A stretch of DNA of 59,022 bases, counting the filler, from Porpidia crustulata (Eukaryota), in the NCBI GenBank assembly GCA_964255105.1. It is 5 parts of 5 records of this genome, joined end to end, with 100 filler letters (N's around TTAATTAATTAA, not from the genome) between each part and the next. Parts side by side here need not be neighbours in the genome. Positions count along the whole stretch, not along the records: positions 23,672 to 35,391 come from CAXUWE010000611.1; 4 more parts are not named here. The stretch is one strand, 5' to 3'. A program made the translations under genes and the position numbers. The notes under the pieces were generated by a model that worked only from the letters and a program-made list of their open reading frames with translations, was not told the origin of the DNA and did not search any database. Within the stretch, counting starts at the first letter, position 1, and each line of letters begins with the position of its first letter. This document shows, in pieces, positions 25,225 through 34,686 of this stretch.

Positions 25225-25670
25225 TCACCAGAAAAAGCTCAATATCCACCACAGCAGTACCACCGCCCCAATAATCATTCCGGCGAGCTTGAAGATGGCG
25301 ACTTTGTTGCCGGACTGCGCCATGCGGCCGAGGCGGCCGGCGCTTCCTTTCAGGGTTGTGGTCATTGAGGAGAAGACTTCGGACTAAGGGGTAGTATCGT
25401 TAGCTCAGGATATGCAACACGCAAAGGGTTTAGCCTTGGTGATTGAGCGGTAGGCATACAGTATTATCGATGACATCTTGACTCCGGGCATTGTCATAGA
25501 TGTCGACCGTGACACCCCTGAGAGCAGAGACTTTGGAGGAGAGCTCCGAGAGGCGGCTATTGTTTTGCCTGTACGGACGATCACTCAGATTAGCAAGGTG
25601 CAATAACAGAGGAGGTGAGGGACAGGAAGGCCCAGGAAACGTACTGTTCGCGTTCGTATGCGTCCGACAT
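25225..25670 (-). CDS. SFT1: Golgi Qc-SNARE Sft1-like protein, 3 exons
   Basis: Spliced translation MSDAYERE..QNNSRLSELSSKVSALRGVTVDIYDNARSQDVIDNT/SEVFSSMTTTLKGSAGRLGRMAQSGNKVAIFKLAGMIIGAVVLLWWILSFFW*: short SNARE helix plus C-terminal transmembrane anchor. Not in the ORF track because of introns. Confidence 0.85.
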
Positions 25671-26069
25671 GGTGGGTGGTTGGGTATCAGAATAGCTAGG
25701 CAATATACGAAGTATCAGATAATACAGCACAGAGATAACAGGAAGGGCATTGGAGGTGGTTCTTGTGTGTACGGATCGAATGGATCAATGACTTGAAAGG
25801 TCGTCAAATGCGGCGTAATTCGATGCGTAATTTACTAGGCGCTAGAGTACCCTATACACTAGTACAGAACTGAAGCGCTCACGTGCTTTGGCGTTCAAGC
25901 CTCCTCAAAGACGATGAGATTCGCCATGGACAGCGATAATGATCAATCGTGCATCAATCATCTGCCATCTATATCATGGCAGATAACAGTCCTCATCTCA
26001 CACAAAATCGATTCCTAGCGGTTACTGCCAGTAGGCAAATTTTTTGGCGAAAAATTAGTCAGACAAACC

Positions 26070-27722
26070 TCACCAATCTATCGCTTTATTAGGATAGAAG
26101 ACGGCCAGAAGTGTCTTGTGGCTATACGTGATCATTCTTTCCCGCTCAAAGGCTTCTCCTGAGAGCTTGGAGCATGAGATGGTACGTGTAAGAGCGGGCG
26201 AGACTGATTCGCTGGTCTTCCGTCTTTTACAACTCTCCAGAACCGGGAACGAGTCGCGTCTCTTTAGAGAAAATTTCTCTATTAGTCGCTTCCCTTCTTC
26301 TTGCTCAAGTCTCATCTGATCTTGCCATTGATCAATCCGTCTCCTGTGCTCTAGATCTAGATCTACACAGCTGAGAGTATCGGATATGGCCACGCTTCTC
26401 GCTACCCATTCGTTCGGAGCCTTCTCTGTTTCCAAACTGAAAGGGTTGAGGCTATCAACGATTTTTCCTCCCCATTCTGCAATGTATTCCATATTGGGAC
26501 CGGCCATCGGATCAACTTCCTGGCTTTCGCGGTAGCCGTCATCTGGGTCATCAGCAAAATCCGACTCTTGTTCAAACTCGTTCTCAAGCAGGCCAAGCCT
26601 CCTGGCCAAGGATGTTGCTTCTTTGTGGTTTTGCTCGGCCGTGATGAGGGCTCTGGTGTTCCGTGCGCCCTTTTCAAAATGGAATAAGTCTAGCTCAATC
26701 TCAGTGAACTCGTGTGTATCCCCATTTTTGTTCTCTCGAAAGACCCTTTTGTCGTTATCGTTCTCATCACGGGTAGCGTCGAAGGCTTCTTCGGCACGGA
26801 AGAGAGTCTGCCGTGTTTGCTCCACCTCTTCTAGTATTGCGACAATCTCAGCCTTACTGAGGCCTGAAGGATACTCGCCAGAATCTTGAGGGACCAGCGA
26901 TGCAGATGCTTGACTTTCTGTGTGGTAAGAATTATTTTCCTCTTCCGGTAAGTTTTCCGGTACTGCATCATGGATCGATTCAGGTATGTGAAGCAGTCCC
27001 GCCTCGTTCAAAATTGACTCGAATGTGCTGAGCGATTGGGTTCTTAAGTGTTTAACTTCAATTTGTAAGTAGCCAAGTTCGTGATCGAGATCGCGTCTGC
27101 GCTCCTTTTGCCGGCGATATGCGGGTTCCAGCTCATCAATCTCTTGCCTGATTCTGATCTTCTCGTCGCTATTTCGGGTCGATTCGACCGAGAATTTCAA
27201 GTTTGCTAGATGGTCTTTGGTTCTTTGGACCTTCTTTGTGGCTTCTCTGACTTGCTTCTCAAGACTCTGCAACTCATGGCTTGACTGGATGACTTGTGAT
27301 AATTGCATGATTGCACTCCTTGTCAAGAGTATGGCCAGACCGTCCCGAGAACTTACAATCCGACTCGGTCCATCGGTAAACTCAGATGTGTATTCCTGAT
27401 CTTCTAGCACAGTGCGACTTCGAGGAGGCGATTTGGCTCTCGAACATGCTGCAGATAGAGTATGTATATCTGATGGTACAGGATCGACAATGTTATCCTC
27501 GGGAGAATGATCCTGGGTGAAAACAGGAGCTTCGAGTTCGGTTGGTAGTGGGGATTGTGGGTCTTTGGAAGCGTCCTTTCCCAGCTCGGGCGCTGGATTT
27601 GAATCTGAAGCTCCCAGCAGAAGCGCATGTATACGTTGAATGCCTTGCGGTGGTAACGGCCTCCATGGTGTGTGAAAAACTTTGTAGGTCTTCTGCGCAA
27701 AGGTTTGAAAGCGTTGATTCAT
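26070..27722 (-). CDS. Hypothetical acidic coiled-coil protein (module partner A1)
   Basis: Intronless ORF of about 550 aa from ATG 27722 with heptad-rich central region. Shares LAIL.T, TE.DL, R.LI.AE, ARRL.LLE, Q.SDF.DD.DDGY, W.A.S.AISD..SC and RRI.QW with 29606-31171. Confidence 0.8.
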   Translation of the reverse strand: MNQRFQTFAQKTYKVFHTPWRPLPPQGIQRIHALLLGASDSNPAPELGKDASKDPQSPLPTELEAPVFTQDHSPEDNIVDPVPSDIHTLSAACSRAKSPPRSRTVLEDQEYTSEFTDGPSRIVSSRDGLAILLTRSAIMQLSQVIQSSHELQSLEKQVREATKKVQRTKDHLANLKFSVESTRNSDEKIRIRQEIDELEPAYRRQKERRRDLDHELGYLQIEVKHLRTQSLSTFESILNEAGLLHIPESIHDAVPENLPEEENNSYHTESQASASLVPQDSGEYPSGLSKAEIVAILEEVEQTRQTLFRAEEAFDATRDENDNDKRVFRENKNGDTHEFTEIELDLFHFEKGARNTRALITAEQNHKEATSLARRLGLLENEFEQESDFADDPDDGYRESQEVDPMAGPNMEYIAEWGGKIVDSLNPFSLETEKAPNEWVARSVAISDTLSCVDLDLEHRRRIDQWQDQMRLEQEEGKRLIEKFSLKRRDSFPVLESCKRRKTSESVSPALTRTISCSKLSGEAFERERMITYSHKTLLAVFYPNKAIDW

Positions 27723-28221
27723 CTTCGCGCAGTTTTTTAATTCTCCAAAATTGCTTTTTCGCACTTGAGGGTCAGATCGTGCGGTTTCCTTCCCTAAGCA
27801 AGACGAATGAACATTGGATGCCAAGTTCAAAAACGAAATTAGAGAACGCCGCAGTCTATATGGAGGCAGCCGCTTCTAGTTTTCTTTATTGTGTTCTTTG
27901 TTCTGCAAGTCACGATAATCGGACGAATGATAACTCCGTCGATCAGAACTTTGGAAACATACCCTAGCTTTTCTTTATCCTCGGGCGTATCAATTGGTCA
28001 AGGACTGCATTGTCGAGCAGCCTCGTCTTGTCTCTTTTTTACTCTATGAAATTGAATCCGGATCCGGTCTTTCCTCCAGCAATGGTTGACTGGTTTCATA
28101 AAGCTTCGATTTCTCAACTGTATGTGCACTACAAAATCATTCATGCTCTTTCAATACATTGAAGTCTACTCTTTGCATAATTTCTCCGAAAAAAACCATA
28201 AGCATCCAACATCTGATCGAC

Positions 28222-29145
28222 ATGTCTCGAACTTACTCGCGAATAACGGCTCATAATTGGAGAAGGTCGAGAAGTAATTTGCAAGGAACAAACGTGGCCC
28301 CCTCGCCAAACACCTCATATAGTCGCCCTACGGTCTCTCCAATTGACGAAGACGAAGGATTTACCACAGCCTCACATGGAAAAGCAGTTTTTACCTTTTC
28401 GAGTCACAATAACCTGTCTTACAACCGAGATCGAGCTACTTCTCCTCTCTCGCCAATATCTGCAAGCCGTTCAAACTACATCGCGAACAAGAGGAGCTCC
28501 CGTCTGGGGAACTCCCCTCTGAATCAAGATGCTAGTAGAAGAGCCGAAGTATACGATCTTCGACACAAAACCCCCTCGATGTTCAGACATTCCGTCGTGG
28601 GTTCCGCCCGTGGGATAGTTGATCTCAAAAGCGACCGAGTGCAAAAGCTTTCGAAATACCTCTTCAAACCAGGCATGGTGGTTCGAGGAGTATGTCATGA
28701 ACAAGACTTCCATAACGGAGCTAGTGACTCGATCATGACGTTTGCTGGTAAGTATACTACCGAGAGTAAGTTCGGTCTTATCCATTCAAAGTACAGGAAA
28801 ATGATAGTGGTTGGCCTTTATGACAATCATTACCTCGCTCTTCCCTTGTACACTCACAACGGTAATGGTGTCTCCCGCAAATCCAAGCCCGACGAGTTCG
28901 TTTCCGTTCATGATCACCGATCCCGCGAGCCAATAATAAGACAGACAAGGCATAGTCCACTCGTTACCGGGGAGATGAATGAGGGCATAAATATAATAGA
29001 TCCGAAAAGTTGCGCGCACATTACCCATCCTGTGGCGAGGAAATATGACCTTCCTCTGGTGGTTGAAGGAAACTTAGACAAGGAGTCTACGGACCGTCTT
29101 TGGGATTTGTTCGACGAATCGTTACGGACCGCTGCCCCAACGTGA
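28222..29145 (+). CDS. DUF6590-like protein with PemK/MazF-like motif pattern (module gene B1)
   Basis: Ser/Arg-rich N-terminus, then a domain of about 150 aa: PGMVVR..HEQD...SKFG.IHSKYRKMIVV...HYLALPLYTHNGNG...DHR...KSCAHITHPVARKYDLP...EG. Paralogous to B2 and B3. Confidence 0.8.
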   Translation: MSRTYSRITAHNWRRSRSNLQGTNVAPSPNTSYSRPTVSPIDEDEGFTTASHGKAVFTFSSHNNLSYNRDRATSPLSPISASRSNYIANKRSSRLGNSPLNQDASRRAEVYDLRHKTPSMFRHSVVGSARGIVDLKSDRVQKLSKYLFKPGMVVRGVCHEQDFHNGASDSIMTFAGKYTTESKFGLIHSKYRKMIVVGLYDNHYLALPLYTHNGNGVSRKSKPDEFVSVHDHRSREPIIRQTRHSPLVTGEMNEGINIIDPKSCAHITHPVARKYDLPLVVEGNLDKESTDRLWDLFDESLRTAAPT

Positions 29146-29283
29146 AAAACATTTCATACGGTTGATATATGCAATCCCTTACTCGGTATATCATGGGCTT
29201 AGGAAGACGCGACAAGGTCAAAGACTTTACGCATAACACTTGGAGACATATTCAACGACCTTTGCTGCTTCCTAGTAATTGGT

Positions 29284-29565
29284 CGCGTTTGGCTATTTGT
29301 ATTATAATCTTGATAACAATTCTTTTCCGCCCCATTATCTGAATCTTCTTAATCGCTGTGTTGCATGTATATACAATCTACCGAATCATTCTTTATTTTT
29401 CACAGTAATGTGCAAACACTTTTCTGGGTACGCGTTCGGCTATTCGTATTACAATCTTGATAACAATTGTTCTTCTATTATCTAAATCTTTTTAATCGCT
29501 GTATTGCATGGACACTCTACCAAATCGTTATTTATTTTTCACGGTAATGTGCAAACACTTTTCTG
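29284..29565. repeat. Diverged tandem direct repeat, two copies of about 140 bp
   Basis: Copy 1 (29284-29426) and copy 2 (29431-29565) both run CGCGTT.GGCTATT.GTATTA.AATCTTGATAACAATT ... TTTATTTTTCAC.GTAATGTGCAAACACTTTTCTG. Confidence 0.92.
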
Positions 29566-29605
29566 TATCCTTCGATAAGACGTTAATCAATAAGAATTGA
29601 CATTA

Positions 29606-31171
29606 TCACATTGGCCGATAAGAACACGAATGCCGTCTAACAAAAGGACCGCGCTCTTCAGGACTTCCGGGGCGTTGCGGTAAGTCAAATCCCATGGTCT
29701 GCTTTCGCAAGCGTTCACTCTCCTGACGCTGAATTTCACAGAGCTCATGCCATTGATTGATCCGTCTTGCCCTCCGCGGTACTTGTTCGTGGCAACTAAA
29801 GCTGTCGGAGATGGCGATACTCTTTGCGTCCCAGAAATCTATATCATTCTCCTCAAGGTCCGGAACTCCCGTGCTCCCGGCTTCCGTGACCGTATCGAGC
29901 CATCTTTCGATGAAGTTGCGATTGGGTACGGCTGCCATCTCGTTTTCGAAGCTCAGGCTATAGCCATCGTCTACATCGTCGGGGAAATCTGATCCCTGAT
30001 CTGATCTGACTTCGAGAAGATTGAGACGTCGTGCTTGTATCAGGGTCTCTTCATAAGCTGTTTCTGCATTGATAAGATCCCTCGTTAGATTTTGCTCTTC
30101 TTCAAGATAGCAGAGGTCAAACTCTGTTCTTGTAGCTGATGTGCGGCCCTCCCTGACGAATTGATACCAATCCTCTAGCTCCATTTGGTACCTTTCCTTT
30201 CGGTTATCGAAAGCTGTTCTCAAATAATTCAGGAGATTCTGCTCCTGGAAGAATTGTTCGAGCAAATCGTGATGCGGGTTTTCTATACTTTTGACCGATA
30301 CATCGCCGTTACTGGGAGTAATTGAATTGGTCCTGCGTGATTCTTCCTCAATCTCAGCGTTGCGCTCTGTGTCCGGCTTAGGGGGACTCATCAACTCCGC
30401 ATCAATGAACAACCGCTTGAAGGACGCATTAGACACGTTTTGTAAGTATCTTAGATCTTGTTCCCCCATCCGTATCTCTTCTTTCAGAGCGTTTTTGGTC
30501 TCGTTATCTTTGAGTAATTTCAATTCTCGTTCTTCGAGCTCTAGAGTGGTCCGTATTTGCTCCTCCTCACTTTCGGTGGCTTGAGCTGTATCGCGTAGTT
30601 GCTCCACCAGCATCTCATTGATAGCAACCTGCCTTTGGATGCTTCCAAATCTCTCTTCATTGATCTCTAGCTTATACCTCGCCTCATCAACGTGCTTCAC
30701 CTCAGAAACCATTCTTTCAGTGATAAGGATCGCAAGACATTCTTTCGTGCCATCATTAGCCATGACGATTTGGCCGGGTCCTACGGCATACGGCGAGTCT
30801 TCTGATTGCACAGGCTTCGCTTCTTGCAAAGGGGTGTTGTATATTTCAGCCTGAGATCCTGTCATGTTATCGAGACCTTCATTTTGAATTTGTTTGTCGA
30901 TATACTGGTGGCTCTGTGGCAACTCAGGTCTATCGATGTGGTATGAGGAAACGTCCGAATCGCTCTTAGAGTTAGACACGTGGCCCGGAGCATGTCCATT
31001 ATAATCTTCACGCAATGAGTCTTCTTCGATGCCTTCTGATGATGGTAGTCCGGACGTTGGGTTTAGTGTAGCCGAGCTTCCCAAGTTGGCAATCTTCCAG
31101 GGTAAGCTAGCTTTGTTAATCATCTTCTGAACAGATATTCCCACCCCAGCACTCAAGCGTTGAAAATCCAT
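29606..31171 (-). CDS. Hypothetical acidic coiled-coil protein (module partner A2), paralog of A1
   Basis: Intronless ORF of about 520 aa from ATG 31171 with the same ordered motifs as A1 (e.g. TRTEFDLCYLEEEQNLTRDLINAE, QGSDFPDDVDDGY, WDAKSIAISDSFSC, RRINQW). Confidence 0.8.
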   Translation of the reverse strand: MDFQRLSAGVGISVQKMINKASLPWKIANLGSSATLNPTSGLPSSEGIEEDSLREDYNGHAPGHVSNSKSDSDVSSYHIDRPELPQSHQYIDKQIQNEGLDNMTGSQAEIYNTPLQEAKPVQSEDSPYAVGPGQIVMANDGTKECLAILITERMVSEVKHVDEARYKLEINEERFGSIQRQVAINEMLVEQLRDTAQATESEEEQIRTTLELEERELKLLKDNETKNALKEEIRMGEQDLRYLQNVSNASFKRLFIDAELMSPPKPDTERNAEIEEESRRTNSITPSNGDVSVKSIENPHHDLLEQFFQEQNLLNYLRTAFDNRKERYQMELEDWYQFVREGRTSATRTEFDLCYLEEEQNLTRDLINAETAYEETLIQARRLNLLEVRSDQGSDFPDDVDDGYSLSFENEMAAVPNRNFIERWLDTVTEAGSTGVPDLEENDIDFWDAKSIAISDSFSCHEQVPRRARRINQWHELCEIQRQESERLRKQTMGFDLPQRPGSPEERGPFVRRHSCSYRPM

Positions 31172-31618
31172 AATACAGTAACGAGAGATGCGGTAGGCGT
31201 TTGTTTGCAAAATTCTTTCTTGTTATCGTCTCTGTCGCGCAGCGAGAAAAGTCCAGAAGTTTGACTGAGAAACTAGGCTTCACGAGCCATAATATGGGCG
31301 ACAATCAAGATCCTTTATCCCATCTACATCCAAAAATAAACAGCGAAGATTGGGTTCTTTCAAGGCTGCTCAGTACCTCGATCAAAGATTAGCTTGTCCT
31401 TCGACCTTGTTTCGTAGCAACGGATTTATGCTGTCTTTGTTCCATCTGTGTTCCCTTTCGCTCTTCATACGTTCTTTCAGAAATCCCCAATAAGGATAAC
31501 CTACAACTATAATAAATCACAACAGACGAGTCGAATTCGTGACATACAGAAAACTTGACGTTGGATCAAATACGCTCGAAGTTTGGCAAACATTTACCAT
31601 AACAACAAAAACATATCA

Positions 31619-32473
31619 ATGTCTCGAAACATTGCAAGAAGTAGCGTAGGCGGCAGTGGTTCTCGGAGGGACTCGACAGTCCCTCAGCCTGCTCCACCGC
31701 CATCGTCTTCTTCATCAGGCGGATGGAGGGCCAAATTCGCTCAGAGTGCTTCGCAAAAGCCGATGTCACCAGTCGCCGAAACCGATGGCTTCGAGACCGT
31801 GAAGTACAGTAGGGGTTCGAAGGCGAGCGTCGCTGGCGCCGCAAGATTGCACGTTTACGCGGAGAGGCCCAAGCCAAGCTCAATCTACAAGGAGTCCTGC
31901 ATCCCAGTGGCGGATAGAGATTCAGCACTCATGGCAGTACAAAACAGCAAAGGGGTAAAGATACCGAAAGAGAAGTACCATCCCGGTATGCTCATCCGCG
32001 CAGCAATGCATGAGCCAGACCTCAATCAAGGGGGCGCGGCTTCCTCTAATATCACCACCACGACCGTTGCCGACGCATACAGGACCGACTCCAAGTTTGG
32101 ACCTATTCACACAAAGGTACGCAAAGCGATCATCATTGCCCTATATCAAGACCACTACCTCGCTGTCCCTCTCTTTACCCACAATGGCAACGGGCTACTG
32201 CACAAAGTCAAGCCAGAGGAGTTCATCTCTGTCCGCGATCATCGACATCACGGCAACTTCAAAACCCAGTCGAAGCATGGCGTTTTGGCGACGGAACATC
32301 TCAACGCTGGCGTTAAACCACTGCACGAGAAGTCGACGGCGCATATTACCTATCCGATCTCGAGGAAGTATGATCTTCCAGTCGTACATGAAGGTCATCT
32401 GGCTACGGAGGCGACCCACCACCTGGTCAAACTCTTCAATATGTATGCACCAAAGGCTACTGCCAGGCCTTGA
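31619..32473 (+). CDS. DUF6590-like protein with PemK/MazF-like motif pattern (module gene B2)
   Basis: Starts MSR like B1. Domain PGMLIRAAMHEPD...SKFGPIHTKVRKAIII...HYLAVPLFTHNGNG...DHR...KSTAHITYPISRKYDLPVVHEG. Confidence 0.82.
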   Translation: MSRNIARSSVGGSGSRRDSTVPQPAPPPSSSSSGGWRAKFAQSASQKPMSPVAETDGFETVKYSRGSKASVAGAARLHVYAERPKPSSIYKESCIPVADRDSALMAVQNSKGVKIPKEKYHPGMLIRAAMHEPDLNQGGAASSNITTTTVADAYRTDSKFGPIHTKVRKAIIIALYQDHYLAVPLFTHNGNGLLHKVKPEEFISVRDHRHHGNFKTQSKHGVLATEHLNAGVKPLHEKSTAHITYPISRKYDLPVVHEGHLATEATHHLVKLFNMYAPKATARP

Positions 32474-33681
32474 TAACGATCCTGTCCCTTATCTCTTAAA
32501 TGTCATAGTCAAAATGTTTGAAAACTTTCATGCTTTAGCCATGTATCCCTACACGTATATTACTAAGAGCTGCATATAATTTGTGTTTATTGATTTTGAA
32601 AGGAAAGTAAATGGGCCTCGGCTCGTCCACCCAACGGGCAAAGATATCGGTGGTGTAACATCATGATTTGTCCAGAGCATCTGAGAACTAATCTACTTAT
32701 CCAATTGAAATGTTAGAATTACCTTGCATTGAATTCCATTTCGTGCGTTGAATTCAAGCAGGTTTCACACTTACATACATAGACCACATCGCATACTGCC
32801 ATGTCTATGCCGAGACGAACGTACTCGATACCTTAGATCATCGTCTCTGAATTCGATCAAATCACTTCGAATTTCTCCCTCGATCGATTCGGAACGATCT
32901 TCTTTGTGTGTTCGACATCAAAGACATGAAGAGAATTACTTCTTTGGGATACCCTAGCAGATATTGGCAATACTCGTATTGCTAAAGCAAGCTACACTGT
33001 ACCATGAGTTCTGCACAAGAAGATTACCTAGATAGAAACTAGCAAGTGGTCCACAAATTCTACTTTGATAGGACACCTCGACAATAATATAATACTAGGA
33101 TTTCTAATGTAGCCTCTGAAAACGCGAAAGGCCGATGATATGCCCTAATCTGCGTCCTCGGAAAAATCGATATCATTGTTTGAACGAGCGTGGCTCGTTG
33201 ATTTGCTGAGACGTTCAATGGTTCATGCTCTGTTTCCTAAAGCGTTTGTTTTTTTGCAGCGGAAGCCATCACCTAGGTCGTGAAGAGGATGGAAAGTTGG
33301 AACAGCAGATCTGACCATTTGGCAGATGTTCTCGATGGAAACGATATCGTCCATGTTCGGACAATGCTGTTGAGGATCCGAATTATCTATGAGTATGGTA
33401 GAGGCGGACAAGAAGACTTATACTGGGATGGCCGCAAGGCGACTGTCCTACGACTGATTCAGGGTGTGTCTGTCTGTCCTCTCTTTGTACAGTGGCTATT
33501 GTTTATTCGATGAGAGGCAATGTCGTACTCTCAGCAATCTATGCTGGTCATATAAAAGGATGTTCCAATTCACCTTTCAGCTTTTACATCACGTAAAGCT
33601 ACAGTCATCCAAGCCAACCTTGAAGTTTCTGAAGAATATCTGGGATATCAAAACTTCCAACGGCGATTTTAATTTTCAACT

Positions 33682-34686
33682 ATGACGGAACGAAATTTTT
33701 CCTGCAGCACCACAACAGGCACCGCCTCCCAAAGACTCCGGCAGGCATCACAGAATTACAAGTATGCCCAGGGGAGATCTCACGAGAACTCGAGCCAGCA
33801 GGAGAACTGGAGGAGCAGGCAAGGTTCCGCGATCAATAGCGGAAAATCTAGCATCGTCGACCAAGATGGCTTTACCACGGTGTCAAGTCGAAGACAAAGC
33901 TCGACAGGAAATTCTGTCACGGCTAATCAGAAATTGCGACGTTCGATCCCGATGATGCTTCCAGCCAATACTCACGGCACGCTACTCCAAGCAGAGACTA
34001 TGGTCTGTCCAGCGAGGAAGGGATCCGTCCTGAGCCGTGCTGCAGTGGAGCGTGGATCCGTGTATGCATCTTCGGGCAAAGCCGATTTCAAGCAATCTGG
34101 ATACAATCGTCGCGCCAGCATGTCCGAAAAGACCAGAGCATCTTATCTGACGAAAGATATGTTTGCACTCGGCATGATCATTAGGACAGTCCACCACGAG
34201 CCCGACTTTACCGAAGGCTTCCTCAACGCAATGATCGCTGACGAGTACAGAACCGAGTCGAAATTTGGCCCAATCTGCTCAAAGTACCGCAAGATGATCG
34301 TTGTCGTCTTATATCGTGACCATTACGTGGCCATCCCAGTTTATTCGCACAACGGCCGAGGGTCCGAGAAGCGGATCGACGCCGACGAGTTGGTGTCTGT
34401 GCAAGACCACCGGCTGCCACCCGCTGTGTACCAGACCCAATCTCCACACACACCGCTCGTGACGGAGCAGATCAACACCGGCGTGGATCTCTGGCATATC
34501 AAGAGTGCGGCACATTTTACCTATCCGGTGTCCCGGAAATACAACCTCCCAGTGATCGTGGAAGGCACGATCGGGCAGGTTTCTTTGGCAAAGCTGACGG
34601 CACTGATGAACACCTACAGTGGCATGGCTCATACAGGTCTGCTTAATGACTTCATTCCATATATGAGGTCAAAATCATTTGCTTGA
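33682..34686 (+). CDS. DUF6590-like protein with PemK/MazF-like motif pattern (gene B3, no intact partner)
   Basis: 334-aa ORF. Domain LGMIIRTVHHEPD...SKFGPICSKYRKMIVV...HYVAIPVYSHNGRG...DHR...KSAAHFTYPVSRKYNLPVIVEG. Confidence 0.82.
   Translation: MTERNFSCSTTTGTASQRLRQASQNYKYAQGRSHENSSQQENWRSRQGSAINSGKSSIVDQDGFTTVSSRRQSSTGNSVTANQKLRRSIPMMLPANTHGTLLQAETMVCPARKGSVLSRAAVERGSVYASSGKADFKQSGYNRRASMSEKTRASYLTKDMFALGMIIRTVHHEPDFTEGFLNAMIADEYRTESKFGPICSKYRKMIVVVLYRDHYVAIPVYSHNGRGSEKRIDADELVSVQDHRLPPAVYQTQSPHTPLVTEQINTGVDLWHIKSAAHFTYPVSRKYNLPVIVEGTIGQVSLAKLTALMNTYSGMAHTGLLNDFIPYMRSKSFA

Noticed and set aside
29284..29565. Repeat considered as a CRISPR array or LTR pair
   Set aside because: Only two long adjacent copies with no spacers, no TG..CA termini or internal element, and a eukaryotic context.
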